64,000 nt of DNA, taken from assembly GCF_963921235.1 (NCBI RefSeq), contig NC_086109.1, forward strand, positions 10,604,001 through 10,668,000, in the 5' to 3' direction. The stretch comes from Mobula hypostoma. Its lineage: Eukaryota. The notes under the pieces were generated by a model. It was not told where the DNA came from, did no database searches, and was given only the letters and a program-made list of their open reading frames with translations. Below, piece after piece: positions 12,088-24,250 of the stretch (positions are counted from its first letter, which is position 1; each line of letters opens with the position of its first letter). Made by a program: the position numbers and the translations under genes.

Positions 12088-12670
12088 GGCAGTTGGGTGG
12101 CGTAGTGGTTAGCACAATGCTATTACAGTGCCAGTGTCCTGGGTTCCATTCCACTGCTGACTGCGAGGAGACTGTATAAAGAGGATGTCTCAGGGGGAAT
12201 CTTCTGGTCAGTTTGCTCCTGGGCCTGGCCAAGCTGGTCATTCATGTTTCTGGGCATCGGGCATTTGAGGGCTTTGTCTGCCCCCCTTCCAGGGTTACAT
12301 CCATGCCCAGCTGTCCTTGGGGAAGGAGCATGCAATCTCCATGGGCTCAGTGGGGGATTTCCAAGAACGCTGGACCCCTCAGATGCTCGGATGTGTTGTA
12401 CATAGTAATAATCATATTTTAATTTGGAATTCTTAATTTGAACCCTGATTATTGTCGGGTGTTTTGTTGGTGAACAAACTTCGTAAAGTAAAAAGAAGTC
12501 TGTTCCAATCTCCTTGCGATCGCGTGGGTTTCCCCGGGGGCTCTGGTTGCCTCCCACATCCCAAAGCCGTACGGGTTAGCAGGTTCATTGGTCACATGGG
12601 TGTGACTGGGTGGCACGGGCTCACTGGGTCAGAAGAGCCTGTTACCGTGCTGTATCACCAAATAAAATAC
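12088..12670 (+). mobile_element. V-SINE interrupted by an L1/Tx1 fragment
   Basis: tRNA head GGTGGCGTAGTGGTTAGC...GGTTCCATTCC at 12095-12152; V-domain resumes after 12498. Confidence 0.65.
12182..12497 (+). mobile_element. L1/Tx1-clade LINE 3' end fragment
   Basis: Peptides LLLGLAKLVIH...GYIHAQLSLGKEHAISMGSVGDFQERWTPQMLGCVV...HILI, recalled as resembling Tx1-like ORF2 C-termini; short A-rich tail. Confidence 0.55.
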
Positions 12671-12827
12671 AATAATCTCACAATCAAAGGCAATCAAGTG
12701 AAAATCAAGATAGAATTTATTATCAAAGTACATGTATGTTACCACGTACTTCCCTGAGATTCATTTTCTTGCAGGCATTTACAGGAAAATAATGATATAC
12801 AGTAGGATTTATAAAATTGATATACGT

Positions 12828-13210
12828 AATGAGTGGCAGGCTGGAGATACGTCTCTGCCAAAGGAGGTGTAGGGCACTCCTTCCCTCCGCTAGCCTGCAG
12901 GTCACCCTTGGGCAAGGTGTAGCACCCGCTTAGCCCCCGATCAGGGTCACGTGGAACCACGGGATCAGGTGGTGGACAGTTGTATGAGCAGCTGGTGCAT
13001 ATCACTAGTCCTGGTTATGTGACCACTGACGCCAGGCAGACAACCTCTGAAGATTACTGATAATGACTGGGGTCACCCGTCTTGTAAAGACACTGACCAG
13101 AAGAGGGCAATGGCAAGCCACTTCTGCAGAAAAATTTGCCAGGAACCATCATGGTGATGGAAAGATTATGATCGCCCCTGTCATGCGACACAGCACATAA
13201 CGATGACGAT
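12828..13210 (+). mobile_element. RTE-tailed SINE-like element
   Basis: GAAGAGGGCAATGGCAAGCCACTTCTG motif; 3' ATGATCGCCCC...GCACATAACGATGACG. Confidence 0.7.
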
Positions 13211-13739
13211 AATACATAAACAAAGACAAACAACCAATATGCAAAAGAAGACAAATTGTGCAAATAAATGTTTTTAAATTGTAAAGAGACATTGCAAGTG
13301 AGTCTGTAGGTGGTAGGATCGGTTCAGAGCAATAGGACTAATATTGGGATATGTACTGAGTGTAATGAAAAACTTGCTGTACATATCATCCATACAGATC
13401 AAGGTAGTACAAGGTAAAGCAATAGCAGAATGCAGAACAAAGTGTTACAGTTACAGTAAGGTGCAAGGTGAAAACGAGGTAGATTTTGAGTCCAAGTGTC
13501 CATCTTATCATACTCGGGAGCCATTCGATAGTCTTATTGCAGCAGGATGGAAGCTGTTAGAGTTCAGGAGGACCCAGGGCATGAAACCTTCAGTAGTTAC
13601 CACAGCAGGGCTGGTCTTCTTTCTTCAACATGATCATGATTATGGCATCTCTGAGATCCCTGGTTTCCTCCTCCTAGCAGAGCATGAGGTCTCTGTGGAC
13701 TAGCCACTGAGGCTCTTGGCTACCTAGCTGCAGGAACTC

Positions 13740-14105
13740 ACCTACCGAATGTTGAAAGGACGAGATAGGGTGGATGTGGAGAAGATGTTTCCTATGGCGG
13801 GGGTATCCAGAACTAGAGGGCACAGCCTCAAAATCGAGAGGTGACCCTTTGGAACAAAGGAGGAATTTTTTTAGCCATGGTGTAGTAAATCTGTGGAATG
13901 CTCTGCCACAGGCTGCGGTGGAGGCCAAATCCGTGTGCATATTTAAAATGGAAGTTGATCATTTCCTGATTGGTCAGGGCATCAAGGATATGGTGAGAAG
14001 GCAGGTGTGTGGGGTTGAGTGGGATCCAGAATTGGCCATGATGGAATAGCAGAGCAGACACAATGGGCTGAATGGCCTAATTCTGCTCCTATGTCTTATG
14101 GTCTT
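13740..14105 (+). mobile_element. CR1 LINE 3' fragment
   Basis: RRNFFSHGVVNLWNALPQAAVEAKS; tail CTATGTCTTATGGTCTT. Confidence 0.8.
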
Positions 14106-14614
14106 CTGGACTTCAGCTTGGACACCATCTGCTTCTAAGAGCTCGAAATCCTCCAGCAGGGATGTAGCCTTTTTGAGTATCTATCCATTTCCCTTGCATT
14201 TTAAGGAGGAAATCAGAAGGATGAAGTGTGAAGTTGAAAGGTCTGTACACAACTACATCAGTTAACATTTGGCTGAGATGGAAGCAGTCAGCCTGAGCAG
14301 CCCAGTAAATCATTACTGCAAAGCACTGATTAGGGAGTCTGTCCGGGCTGCAAGTCCAAATAATGATTGTATTTCCTGTTACTTCCCCTGCGAATAAAAC
14401 TGCAGCAAATGGGGGGCAGAGATCTCAGGAGTCTTGTGAGGTTTCAGAGACAGGACAGAGAAATTCCAGGCACAATGCAGTTTAATGGGCAGCTCCAAAA
14501 CTCACCTGTGAACTTGCTCTCAATGCAACAGGGTGCAGTGACCTGTTTGTCACTAAAGTCGACAACAAACGTCTCTGTGGTTATCACAGCACAGTGAACA
14601 CAGTCATGGAAATG

Positions 14615-14690
14615 CATAAGCATGTATACATGCACACAAATCACATACACAGCTCACACACACACACACACACATGAATCACATACACAG

Positions 14691-14730
<40 letters not shown>

Positions 14731-15155
14731 AATCACATACACAGTTCACACACACACACATATCACACACACAGATGCACACACACACGAGTCAGGTATA
14801 CAACTGCATGCACTTGCACACACACATAAATCACACATGCAGACGCATGCACACACACGTGAATCACATACGCAGATGCATGCATGCACACACACATGCT
14901 CAAACATGCAGACACACACGCGAACAACTCACACTCATATATACTTCCATATGCATACAGTTTCTCTTTCTCCCAAACACACACATGAACAACCCATACA
15001 CACTCTCACTCTCATTCATGAGTGTACATTCTGTACACACACTCACTTCCTCACATGTGCAAACACACACACACATTTTCACATACTCACCCACAACACA
15101 TAAACACACTCTCACTCTCATATATATGGGTATACATACACATTCACTTTCTCGT

Positions 15156-15189
<34 letters not shown>

Positions 15190-15200
15190 ACACACAGACA
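14615..15200. repeat. (CA)n-rich degenerate microsatellite
   Basis: Pure and interrupted CA runs over about 600 bp. Confidence 0.9.
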
Positions 15201-15768
15201 CAGAGAGCTAATTTCATTTACTTTTGCATAATTTCTCATGCCCCTCTTGGTATTTGTCCCTATTTTCGTGTCAATTATCTAACAGAGTCAGAACTGCAGG
15301 CACTACAAGACAGGCCAGTGTTTGTTCTATCACACTACACTGTAATAAAACAAATATGTTTTGCTTGAATAGTTCTGACAATGAGGATCAGCAGCTCAGA
15401 ATTAGACCAGGTAGAAAGGTGCAGCACCAGCTGACATGCTTGTAAAGTTAAAGGAGGAAAGATTAAAGGTGACGTGAGGAACAAGTATTTTTATGCAGAG
15501 AGGGGTCGATGCCTGGAATAGGTTTTCATGGGTAATGATGGAATCAGACAGTTTGGTGAAGTTTAAGAGTCTTTTAGATAAACAGCACATCTACCTAAGA
15601 TGTAAAGGAGATGGAGGGATATGGATGATACATAGGAGGACATTTAGTATAAATTGGCATCTAGATGGATTCAATATTGTGGGCCACATGGCCTGTCTCA
15701 TGCTCCCAGGGAGTTCTGTCTCTCAGCTCCAGTGACTGTCAGTCCTCTCCTCCAGAGCTGTCCATAAG

Positions 15769-16579
15769 CTGATAAATTTGATAAATGTGAGCTGTTACAT
15801 TTTGGTACGACTAATCAAAATAGGACATACATGGCAAATGGTAGGGCATTGAAGAACGCAGTAGAACAGAGGGATCTAGGAATAATGGTACATAGTTCCC
15901 TGAAGGTGGAATCTCATGTGGATAGGGTGGTGAAGAAAGTTTTTGGTATGCTGGCCTTTATAAATCAGAGCATTGAGTATAGGAGTTGGGATGTGATGTT
16001 GAAATTGTACAAGGCATTGGTAGGGCCAAATTTGGAGTACTGTGTACAGTTCTGGTCACGGAATTATAGGAAAGATGTCAACAAAATTGAGAGCGTACAA
16101 AGAAGATTTACCAGAATGTTACTTGGGTTTCATCTCCTAAGTTACAGAGAAAGGTTGAACAAGTTGGGTCTTTATTCTTTGGAGCATAGAAGGTTGAGGG
16201 GGGACTTGATAGAGGTATTTAAAATTATGAGGGGGATAGATAGAGTTGACGTGGATAGGCTTTTTCCACTGAGAGTGGGGGAGATTCAAACAAGAGGACA
16301 TGAGTTGAGAGTTAAAGGGCAAAAGTTTAGGGGTAACATGAGGGGGAACTTCTTTACTCAGAGAGTGGTGGCTGTGTGGAACGAGCTTCCAGCAGAAGTG
16401 GTTGAGGCAGGTTCGATGTTGTCATTTAAAGTTAAATTGGATAGCTATATGGACAGGAAAGGAATGGAGGGTTATGGGCTGAGTGCAGGTCGGTGGGACT
16501 AGGTGAGAGTAAGAGTTTGGCATGGACTAGAAGGGCCGAGATGGCCTGTTTCTGTGCTGTAATTATTATATGGTTATAT
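15769..16579 (+). mobile_element. CR1 LINE 3' fragment with open ORF2 C-terminus (15831-16502)
   Basis: EQRDLGIMV...LKLYKALVGPNLEYCVQFWS...WNELP, uninterrupted for 223 aa; (GGTTATAT) tail; possible ATAAG TSD. Confidence 0.92.
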
Positions 16580-16950
16580 AAGACCAAAAGGCCATAAGAG
16601 ATAGGATCAGAACTATAGAATCAGCCCATTCAGTCAGCTCTGCCGTTTCATCATGGCTGATCCATTTTCCTTCTCAACCCCATTCCCCTGCCTCTCCCCC
16701 TTCACCTTTCATACTCCGACTAATCAAGAACCTATCAGGTTCCGCCTTAAGTACACCCAATGACTTATTCTCCACAGCCACCTGTGGCAGTGAATTCCAC
16801 AGATTCACCATCCTCTGGTTAAGAAAATTCCTCCTCATCTCTGTTCTAAATGGATGTCCCTCTATTCTGAGGCCGTGCCGTCAGGTCCTGGACTCCCCCG
16901 CTGTAGGGAACATCTTCTCCAAGTCCACTCAGTCGAGGCCTTACAACATT
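16580..16950 (-). mobile_element. CR1 LINE 3' fragment
   Basis: Reverse complement of a CR1 3' end with CCATAAGA-type tail. Confidence 0.7.
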
Positions 16951-17279
16951 CTGCAGGGACAGCACCACCGTTCTCCCTGTGGGTTTTCCCCGATTATAGC
17001 ATTTTGCCTCCACATCCCTGGTTGATAAGTTAACAGGCTGTTACACATTGGCCCTCATGTATAGAGGTGAGTGGTGGAATCTGGAGGGAGCTGGTGGGAA
17101 AGTGGGGAGAGTAGATCACCAGGAAAATGAGCGAGGAATGGGATTGATCTATGAATCAGCTCAGGCTCGGTGGGACAAGATAGCTTCCTTCTGCAGTGTC
17201 TGAATCATCGTGCGGAGATCAGCCAATGTGGGTAGGTGGGATGGGTTGGTTTAGCTGGCGCGGAAGGCATTGCTGCAGC

Positions 17280-17610
17280 AGACATGGAGAGGATGTTTCC
17301 ACGAGGGGGAGAGTCCAGGACAAGGGGGCACCATTACAGAATACGAGGATGTCCCTTTAGAACAGAGATGAAGAGACATTCCTTTAGCCAGAGGCTGCTG
17401 AATCTATGGAATGCGTTGCCATAGACGAGTGTGGAGATCAAGTCGATGGGTATCTCTAAAGTGGAGGTTGATAGTTTCTTACTCGGTAAAGGTTACAGGG
17501 AGAGGGCAGGAGAATGGAGTTGAGAGGGATAATAAATCAGTCATGATTGAATGGTGAAGCCTGGTCCCAATAGCCTAATTTTACTCCTACGTCTTATAAT
17601 CTAATGGTCT
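17280..17610 (+). mobile_element. CR1 LINE 3' fragment
   Basis: ERMFPRGGESRTRGH...FSQRLLNLWNALP. Confidence 0.75.
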
Positions 17611-17977
17611 ATGCTTTATCCCACACTTAGAGGACCACAGTTTGCTTTCAATTGGTGATTTTGAACTGTCTCAATGTACTCATGTATGGAATAATCTGTC
17701 TGAATAACACACAAGCAAATCTTTTCACTGTATCGTGGTACATGTAACAATAGTAAACCTATTTTACAGAATCAGGTTTATTATCTCTGACGTATGTCAT
17801 GATCTTTGTTGTTTTGTGGCAGCAGTGCAGTGCAAGATGGAAAAATACTCTAAGTTATAAAAAAAAGTAAATAGCGTGAGAGATTCAAAGATTCAAAGAA
17901 CATTTATCATCAAAGTATGTCTACAGAATACAAAACAAAGAAACACAATGGAATCCGTTCAAGAAAACATCAAACCA

Positions 17978-18557
17978 GTAGTCCGCCAGAGAAAGCAGGA
18001 TCTCCCAGTGGCCACACATTTTAATTCCACATCCCATTCCCATTCTGACACGGCCTCCTCTACTGTAAAGATGAAGCCACACTCAGGTTAGAGGAACAAC
18101 ACCTTATATTCCGTCTGGGTAGCCTCCAACCTGATGGCATGAACATTGACTTCTCTAACTTCCACTAATGCCCCACCTCCCCCTCGTACCCCATCCGTTA
18201 TTTATTTATATACACACATTCTTTCTCTCACTCTCCTTTTTCTCCCTCTGTCCCTCTCACTATACCCCTTGCCCATCCTCTGGGTTTTTCCCCCCTCCCC
18301 CTTTTCCTTCTCCCTAGGCCTCCTGTCCCATGATCCTCTCATATCCTCTTTGCCAATCACCTGTCCAGCTCTTGGCTCCATCCCTCCCCTCCTGTCTTCT
18401 CCTATCATTTCGGATCTCCCCCTCCCCCTTCCACTTTCAAATCTCTTACTCACTCTTCCTTCAGTTAGTCCTGACGAAGGGTCTCGGCCTGAAACGTCGA
18501 CTGTACCTCTTCCTAGAGATGCTGCCTGGCCTGCTGCGCTCACCAGCAACTTTGATG
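17978..18557 (+). mobile_element. Penelope-like element 3' fragment
   Basis: RQRKQDLPVATHFNSTSHSHSD...EEQHLIFRLGSLQPDGMN (GIY-YIG C-terminus) followed by a pLTR. Confidence 0.85.
18467..18502 (+). ncRNA. Minimal hammerhead ribozyme motif (Penelope-type)
   Basis: AGUC-CUGACGA-A-GGGU(CUCG)GCCU-GAAA-CGUC-GACU. Confidence 0.75.
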
Positions 18558-19369
18558 ATTATTCAGTTTAGTTCAGTTCAGCACTGTGCCGCTGGCCAGA
18601 GCAGGTCACCAGGCCATTCTTCACTGAAGCACCCCAGTTTTCATCGATCAAGCCACTTAAAAACAACAGGAAAAAGTAACCAGAGTAACCAAAATCCAGG
18701 AACACGTGCAACATGAACCTCGAAGTCCCCCAAAATGAGTCCACAGCCTTGTCGACCAACCCCAGCAACGTACATCCCAAGATTCCTACATTTTCCTCCG
18801 AGAGCAGCTGGTGAGAGGGAGAGGAAGACCTATCAAACACAGGCACACAGCGCCGAGCACCCACCCATCCACCGCTCTCATCCTTGGCGACTTCCATCTT
18901 GCTCGACTTCGCAATCGGAGAGGAGAACGGAATCAATCATGGGCTCATGGCCTGCCTCCAAGCCTCCAGGCCCCCGGCTGTATGCTCTGCTCCTGATCGC
19001 CCCAAAATCCCTCGGAGACAGCAAAGTGCCAGGTCACTCAATCGCCCAAAACATACCATCAAAATGTAAATCACCGGTTCCAATCACGCTCGGCTGAGCA
19101 GTAGAATCATATTTGAACAAAGAAGGAGAAAAAGTTTTGTGAACTGTCTGCAGTGGTGAATGTCATCCAATGGATATTTACAGTAAAAGTAATAAAAATG
19201 CAGAAAGTAAGCAAAAAAAAATGGGATAATGTTCATGGTTTCGCAGGCCGTTCAGGAATCTGATAGCTCAGGGAAAGAAGCTGTTCATAAAACTTTGAAT
19301 TGTACATCTTCAGTCCCTGTGCCTCCTCGCTGATGTTAATAATGTGAAGAGGGCATGGTGAGGTACTGC

Positions 19370-19620
19370 TGTTTGAAAATGTACTCGATGCTGAAAATCT
19401 GTGCCAAGCAGCTGGTGGGAGTGTTCAGGGACAGTTTCAATCTCACACAGCTGCAGTCAGAGGTTCTAACCTGCTTGGAACGGGCACCAATCATACCAGT
19501 GTGCAAGAAGAGTAAGGTGAGCTGTGACTCAATGACTATTGGCCAGTTGCACTCATATCTACTGTGGTGGAATGCTTTCAGAGGCTGGTTGTGGTTTGAA
19601 TTAACTCCTGACTGAGCAAG
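19370..19620 (+). mobile_element. Rex1/Babar LINE fragment
   Basis: LKICAKQLVGVFRDSFNLTQLQSEVLTCLERAPIIPVCKKSKVSC. Confidence 0.7.
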
Positions 19621-20163
19621 GGGTTGCATAAACCAGAAGGTCTAAATGAGTTGGAGGTTAGCATCTGTTACCCATACAAGGTTTGTGGGGGCAGTGGACA
19701 GGGTTTTGATTGCAGACAGAATTTTATGGAAAATACAAGGGAATCTTTACACATCGTTTAAAAACAATTGGCTTTTGATTCTCCACACTGGGATGTAGTC
19801 CAGGGTTTTGTTGCTCCAGGTTGAAGTTCTTTTTGGCTTGGGTTGGACTGCCTGGCGTCCTATTGACAGTAGCCTGTTTGTCTCTTGCAAGTGCTGAAGC
19901 CAACAGTCAGTATTTCCACTGCTTTTGTTCTGCAGTTGCACAGGCTTGGAGGCTTGATGAGATTCACCAGTAGAACTTGGTTTCGGCAAACTTTTTTCCA
20001 CAAGAATTCTAAGTAACCAACACTACAATGAAGTTACGTTTCAATGAAGCAGAATACTACGGCGGTATGTTAACCTCTCTCCCCAGTTTTTGATGGGGGA
20101 GGGGTGATGAAGTGAGAAGCTGACATAAAGGGCTGAAGAAGAAGAAATCTGATAGGAGAGGTC

Positions 20164-20546
20164 CAGACACCCCACCCTGCAAAAACTCATTTCAGGGAGG
20201 TAGCACCATCAATTTGCGGAAGACTTCTGGGAGAGGTGGGATGTCTGCAATAGAGTAGCTCCTTAGCAGCCAGCCAGCTAGTTTAAATAACGTTAGCTGT
20301 GCTAATGAACGAATGGCACCTGTTAAACTCACCTCAACATGTCTTTTACAGTCTTAACCCACCATGGGCAATAGAAAAGTCACTGTTGCAAACAGTGCAG
20401 CGAGCAACACTGTCATTATTTTGACCCCTCTTAGGCAGGGGTACACTTTAGTGTAGTCTGGGGTGACGTACGTTTTATATTTTCTTTTTTTGGAACACTC
20501 TCCCATGGCGCGCCTTCACTCTTGCTTGCTTTCTTTCTCACTCTCG

Positions 20547-20587
<41 letters not shown>

Positions 20588-20741
20588 TCTCGCTTGCTTG
20601 CTCTCGCGCTCTCTCCTGCTTTCTCTCGCTCGCTCTCAAAAAAGCTGATTTCCATGATATTGTATATAATTTGCGGGCATTAGGGAGCCACTATTAATAT
20701 GCGGGAGACTCCCGGAACTTCCGGGAGAGGTGGGATGTCTG
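20164..20741. mobile_element. DNA transposon MITE with 13-bp TIR and 5-bp TSD (hAT5-like)
   Basis: TIR CAGACA(C/T)CCCACC ... GGTGGGATGTCTG; TSD AGGTC at 20159-20163 and 20742-20746; inserted in a Penelope fragment. Confidence 0.75.
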
Positions 20742-22349
20742 AGGTCAGCAGATCATGGGAGAAAGGGAGGGAGGAGGGGAACAAGAGGAAGCTTGAAGGG
20801 CAGGTGAGGAGAAGAGAAGGGGTGAAAGGGGAGCCACCTGCACCTTCTCTCTTTTCCATTCCATGTTCTGGCTCTCCTCCTACCCCTTGGAACTCAACAG
20901 GTCAGGCAGGATCTGCGGAGAGAAATGGACAGTCAAGGTTTTGGGTCAAGACCCTTCATCTGGACGAAAAGACAGAGGTATAAAGAAATGAAGGGAAGGG
21001 GTGGTGAAGGGCTGGCCAGCGATAGGTAGATCCCAGTGAGGAAGTTTTGCGTGGGAGTCTGGTCAAAGCAGAGGAAAGCAGCAGATAGTTTCTGGGTAAG
21101 AGTAATTCGGGGGGGGGGGGTCCTTTGTTGTCAGCAATGACACGATGGGCTGAAAGGCCTGTTTCCTTTCTACAAGACCCCATGAGGACCAAGTATATTT
21201 TAGTGTCCTCTTGTGTAACGACCATTCATCAGCCATAGATGACAAAGCATCTGCAGGAATAAATATCTGAAAGTCAGCATTCAAAGTAAGTTTATTATCA
21301 AAGTATGTGTATGTCATCATATACCAACTTGAAATTCATTCTCTTGCAGGCATTTACAGAAAACTAAAGAAATATAATAGAATTCAGGAAAACTATACAT
21401 AAACGTCTTAAATAATAAATATTATAATTGTAAGATATCTTACTTCCATAAGAATATCACAGCAGCAAATTTGCATCTGAGCAGACTCAATTGATGTAAA
21501 CATGCCAAAATCTTCTAAATCTTATGAGTGTGTTGAGTTGGGGCTTGGTGAAAGATGCTGCCTCATCTAAAAATTCCAGCATGGTGGGCATACTATGTTG
21601 GCACCAGAACGCATGCCAATACTTGTGGGTGGCCCTGACACATCCTTGGTTTGTTGGTTGTTTAATGCAAACGAAGCATTTCACTGTATGTTTTGATGTA
21701 CATGTGATAAATAAATCTAAATAAATAAATCTGAAATAAATAAAAATACCCCAAGTCTGAGTTCTGGCCTTGGCATGGGCTTGTCACCCAGTGGGCGTTG
21801 GCACAACTCTTGACTCAGTTTGTGGATTCAAGTCCCACTTCAGTAGCTGGAGCAGGGACATCTTGAGTATGAAGTGAGCATCACAGGTAGCATCCTTCAG
21901 ATGAGACACTGAACAGCAGCTCTCTCTTCTCTCAGACTGATTTCATGACTCTGAGAGAAGGGAATGCAGCTGGGGTTTTGTACTGACCTGACAAAACATT
22001 TATTCTGTCTCGGACTATGCTTCAACTTGCCCTAATACTGTAATGAATATTTTTGTGTAGTTTATGTATAACTTATGTTAATTTAAGTCTATCTAATTTA
22101 TGTTTGTTATGCTTGTAATGCTCTGGGCTGCTTGCTACAAAATGCTAGTTATTAGCACATTTATCGATTGGGTATGAGTGCCCATGACAATAAGCTAGAA
22201 TTGAATGTGAAGCTTCCTCTGAGATCACAGTGGATGAGCTGGGGATCCTGCTGATTGAAAGCACATTGACTTTGATGTGGAGAAACACGTACGGTAACTC
22301 GAGGAGAGCATCCTTTCCATTTCATTGGACCGAAATAAGTGTCGTAGCA

Positions 22350-22605
22350 GATGAGGAAGAGCACGTTTAGCCAGACGGCGGTGAATCTGTGGGATTCGTT
22401 GTCACAAGTGGCCGTGGAGGCCAAGTCACTGGGCGTATTTAAGTCAGAGATTGATGAATTCTTGATTAGTCTGGGCATGAAGGGATACAGGGAGAAGGCA
22501 GGAGATTGGGGCTGAGAGGGAAATGGATCTACCACGATGAAATAATGGAGCAGACTTGATGGGGCAAATGCCTAATTCTGCTCCAATATCCAATGGTCTT
22601 ATGGT
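22350..22605 (+). mobile_element. CR1 LINE 3' fragment
   Basis: GATGAGGAAGAGCACGTTTAGCCAGACGGCGGTGAATCTGTGG...TATGG tail. Confidence 0.7.
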
Positions 22606-22662
22606 GTTGTCATACAGCATGGAAACAGGCACTTTGGCTCAGTTCATCTATGCTAATCAAGC

Positions 22663-23120
22663 TAAGGGGCAGCAGGCTGAGGGTAGCAGACACCAACAGA
22701 ATCAACAAACTCATTCGTAAGGCCAGTGATGTTGTGGGGATGGAACTGGACTCTCTGACGGTGGTGTCTGAAAAGAGGATGCTGTCCAAGTTGCATGCCA
22801 TCTTGGACAATGTCTCCCATCCACTACATAATGTACTGGTTGGGCACAGGAGTACATTCAGCCAGAGACTCATTCCACCGAGATGCAACACAGAGCGTCA
22901 CAGGAAGTCATTCCTGTCTGTGGCCATCAAACTTTACAACTCCTCCCTTGGAGGGTCGGACACCCTGAGCCAATAGGCTGGTCCTGGACTTATTTCCTGG
23001 CATAATTTACATATTACTATTTAACTATTTATGGTTCTATTACTATTTATTATTTATGGTGCAACTGTAATGAAAACCAATTTCTCCCGGGATCAATAAA
23101 GTATGACTATGACTATGACT
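22663..23120 (+). mobile_element. Rex1/Babar LINE 3' end
   Basis: GSRLRVADTNRINKLIRKASDVVG...HPLH...RCNTERHRKSFLSVAIKLYN; tail CAATAAAGT(ATGACT)n. Confidence 0.8.
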
Positions 23121-23159
23121 AATCCTATTTGCCCGCACTTAGCCCATATCCCTCTGAAA

Positions 23160-23239
23160 GAGTAGTTCCCAACCTGGGCACCACAGACCCCTCAGTTAAT
23201 GGTTGGGGTCCATGACATATAAAAGGCTGGCAACCCCTG
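23160..23239. mobile_element. ~80-bp hAT (Charlie-type) MITE, degraded
   Basis: Opposite-orientation homologue of 30618-30699. Confidence 0.55.
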
Positions 23240-23879
23240 CTCTAAACCTTTCCTGTCCAAGTACCTTTTATTCCATTGTGTTCTGTTTTTTACACTTCAT
23301 TCGATTTGTTTTTCGCCAAGGGAAAATATTGTCTCTGAGGGCTGGAATTGGAAATGGTGTATTATTGTCACATGTTTGCATACAGTGCAAAGCTAGTCTT
23401 GCATACTGTTTGTACAGATCAATTCATTACAGAGTGCGCAGAACAACAGCGCTGCAGAGTAAAGTGTAACAGCTACAGAGAAAGTGCAACGCAGCTAAAT
23501 AATAAGGCGCAAGATGAAAGTGAGGTAGATTGCGAGGTCAAGAATCCATCTTATTGTACAAGTGTCCTTGGACCTCCTTCTCAAAAGGAGGTAGAAGCCG
23601 ACACTTTGAACAGGTTTGAGGCAGAGGAAAGTAAGTTATTGCTAAGGGTGGGGGTGAAACTTTACAGGATTAATGGTGCAATCTGAATAACGGATCAGGT
23701 TGTAGAGGCCTAATGGCCTAGCTTCTAATAGTCCTCTGTGTTTAATGATTGTGGTCTCCAAAGCAACAAACATGGCAGATTTGACAGCTGGGTAGAGATG
23801 AACATATGCTGGTATGGGCCAGGAGGGAACAGTACTGTGCACTGGGGAGAAAATGGCCAGTACAATGTTTACAATACAA

Positions 23880-24250
23880 CTGTATGGAAATGAGGGGAGA
23901 TCTGATTGAGGAATACAAAATTATGAGGGGTATAGATAGGGTAAATGCAGGCAGGCTTTTTCCACTGACGTTGGATGAGACTAGAACTAGAGGTCATAGG
24001 TTAAGCTGAAATATTTAAGGGGAAGATAAGGGGGAGCTTCATCACTCAAGAGGGTGGTGATAGTGTGGAACGAGCTGCCGGCAGGCGTGGTGGACGAGGG
24101 TTTGATAGCAATGTATAAGAGAAGCTTGGACAACTACATGGGTGGGAAGGGTATGGATGGCAATGATTCTGTTGCGGGTTGATGGTCTCGGCAGAATAAC
24201 GGTTTGACACAGACCAGATGGGCCAATGGGCCTGTTTCTGAGCTGTAGTG
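23880..24250 (+). mobile_element. CR1 LINE 3' fragment
   Basis: MRGDLIEEYKIMRGIDRVNAGRLFPL...TRGH. Confidence 0.75.

Noticed and set aside
14207..14241. Plus-strand micro-exon EEIRRMKCEVE; similar candidates near 39930, 44514 and 53457
   Set aside because: Weak splice sites or repeat overlap, no recognisable homology, and no consistent gene model.
14622..15368. 248-aa His/Thr-rich ORF and overlapping ORFs
   Set aside because: Translation of a (CA)n microsatellite, which lacks stop codons; not a gene.
18146..18716. Leu/Pro/Ser-rich ORFs repeated at 33504-34299, 51210-51633 and 57214-57645
   Set aside because: Translations of the pyrimidine-rich Penelope UTR/pLTR.
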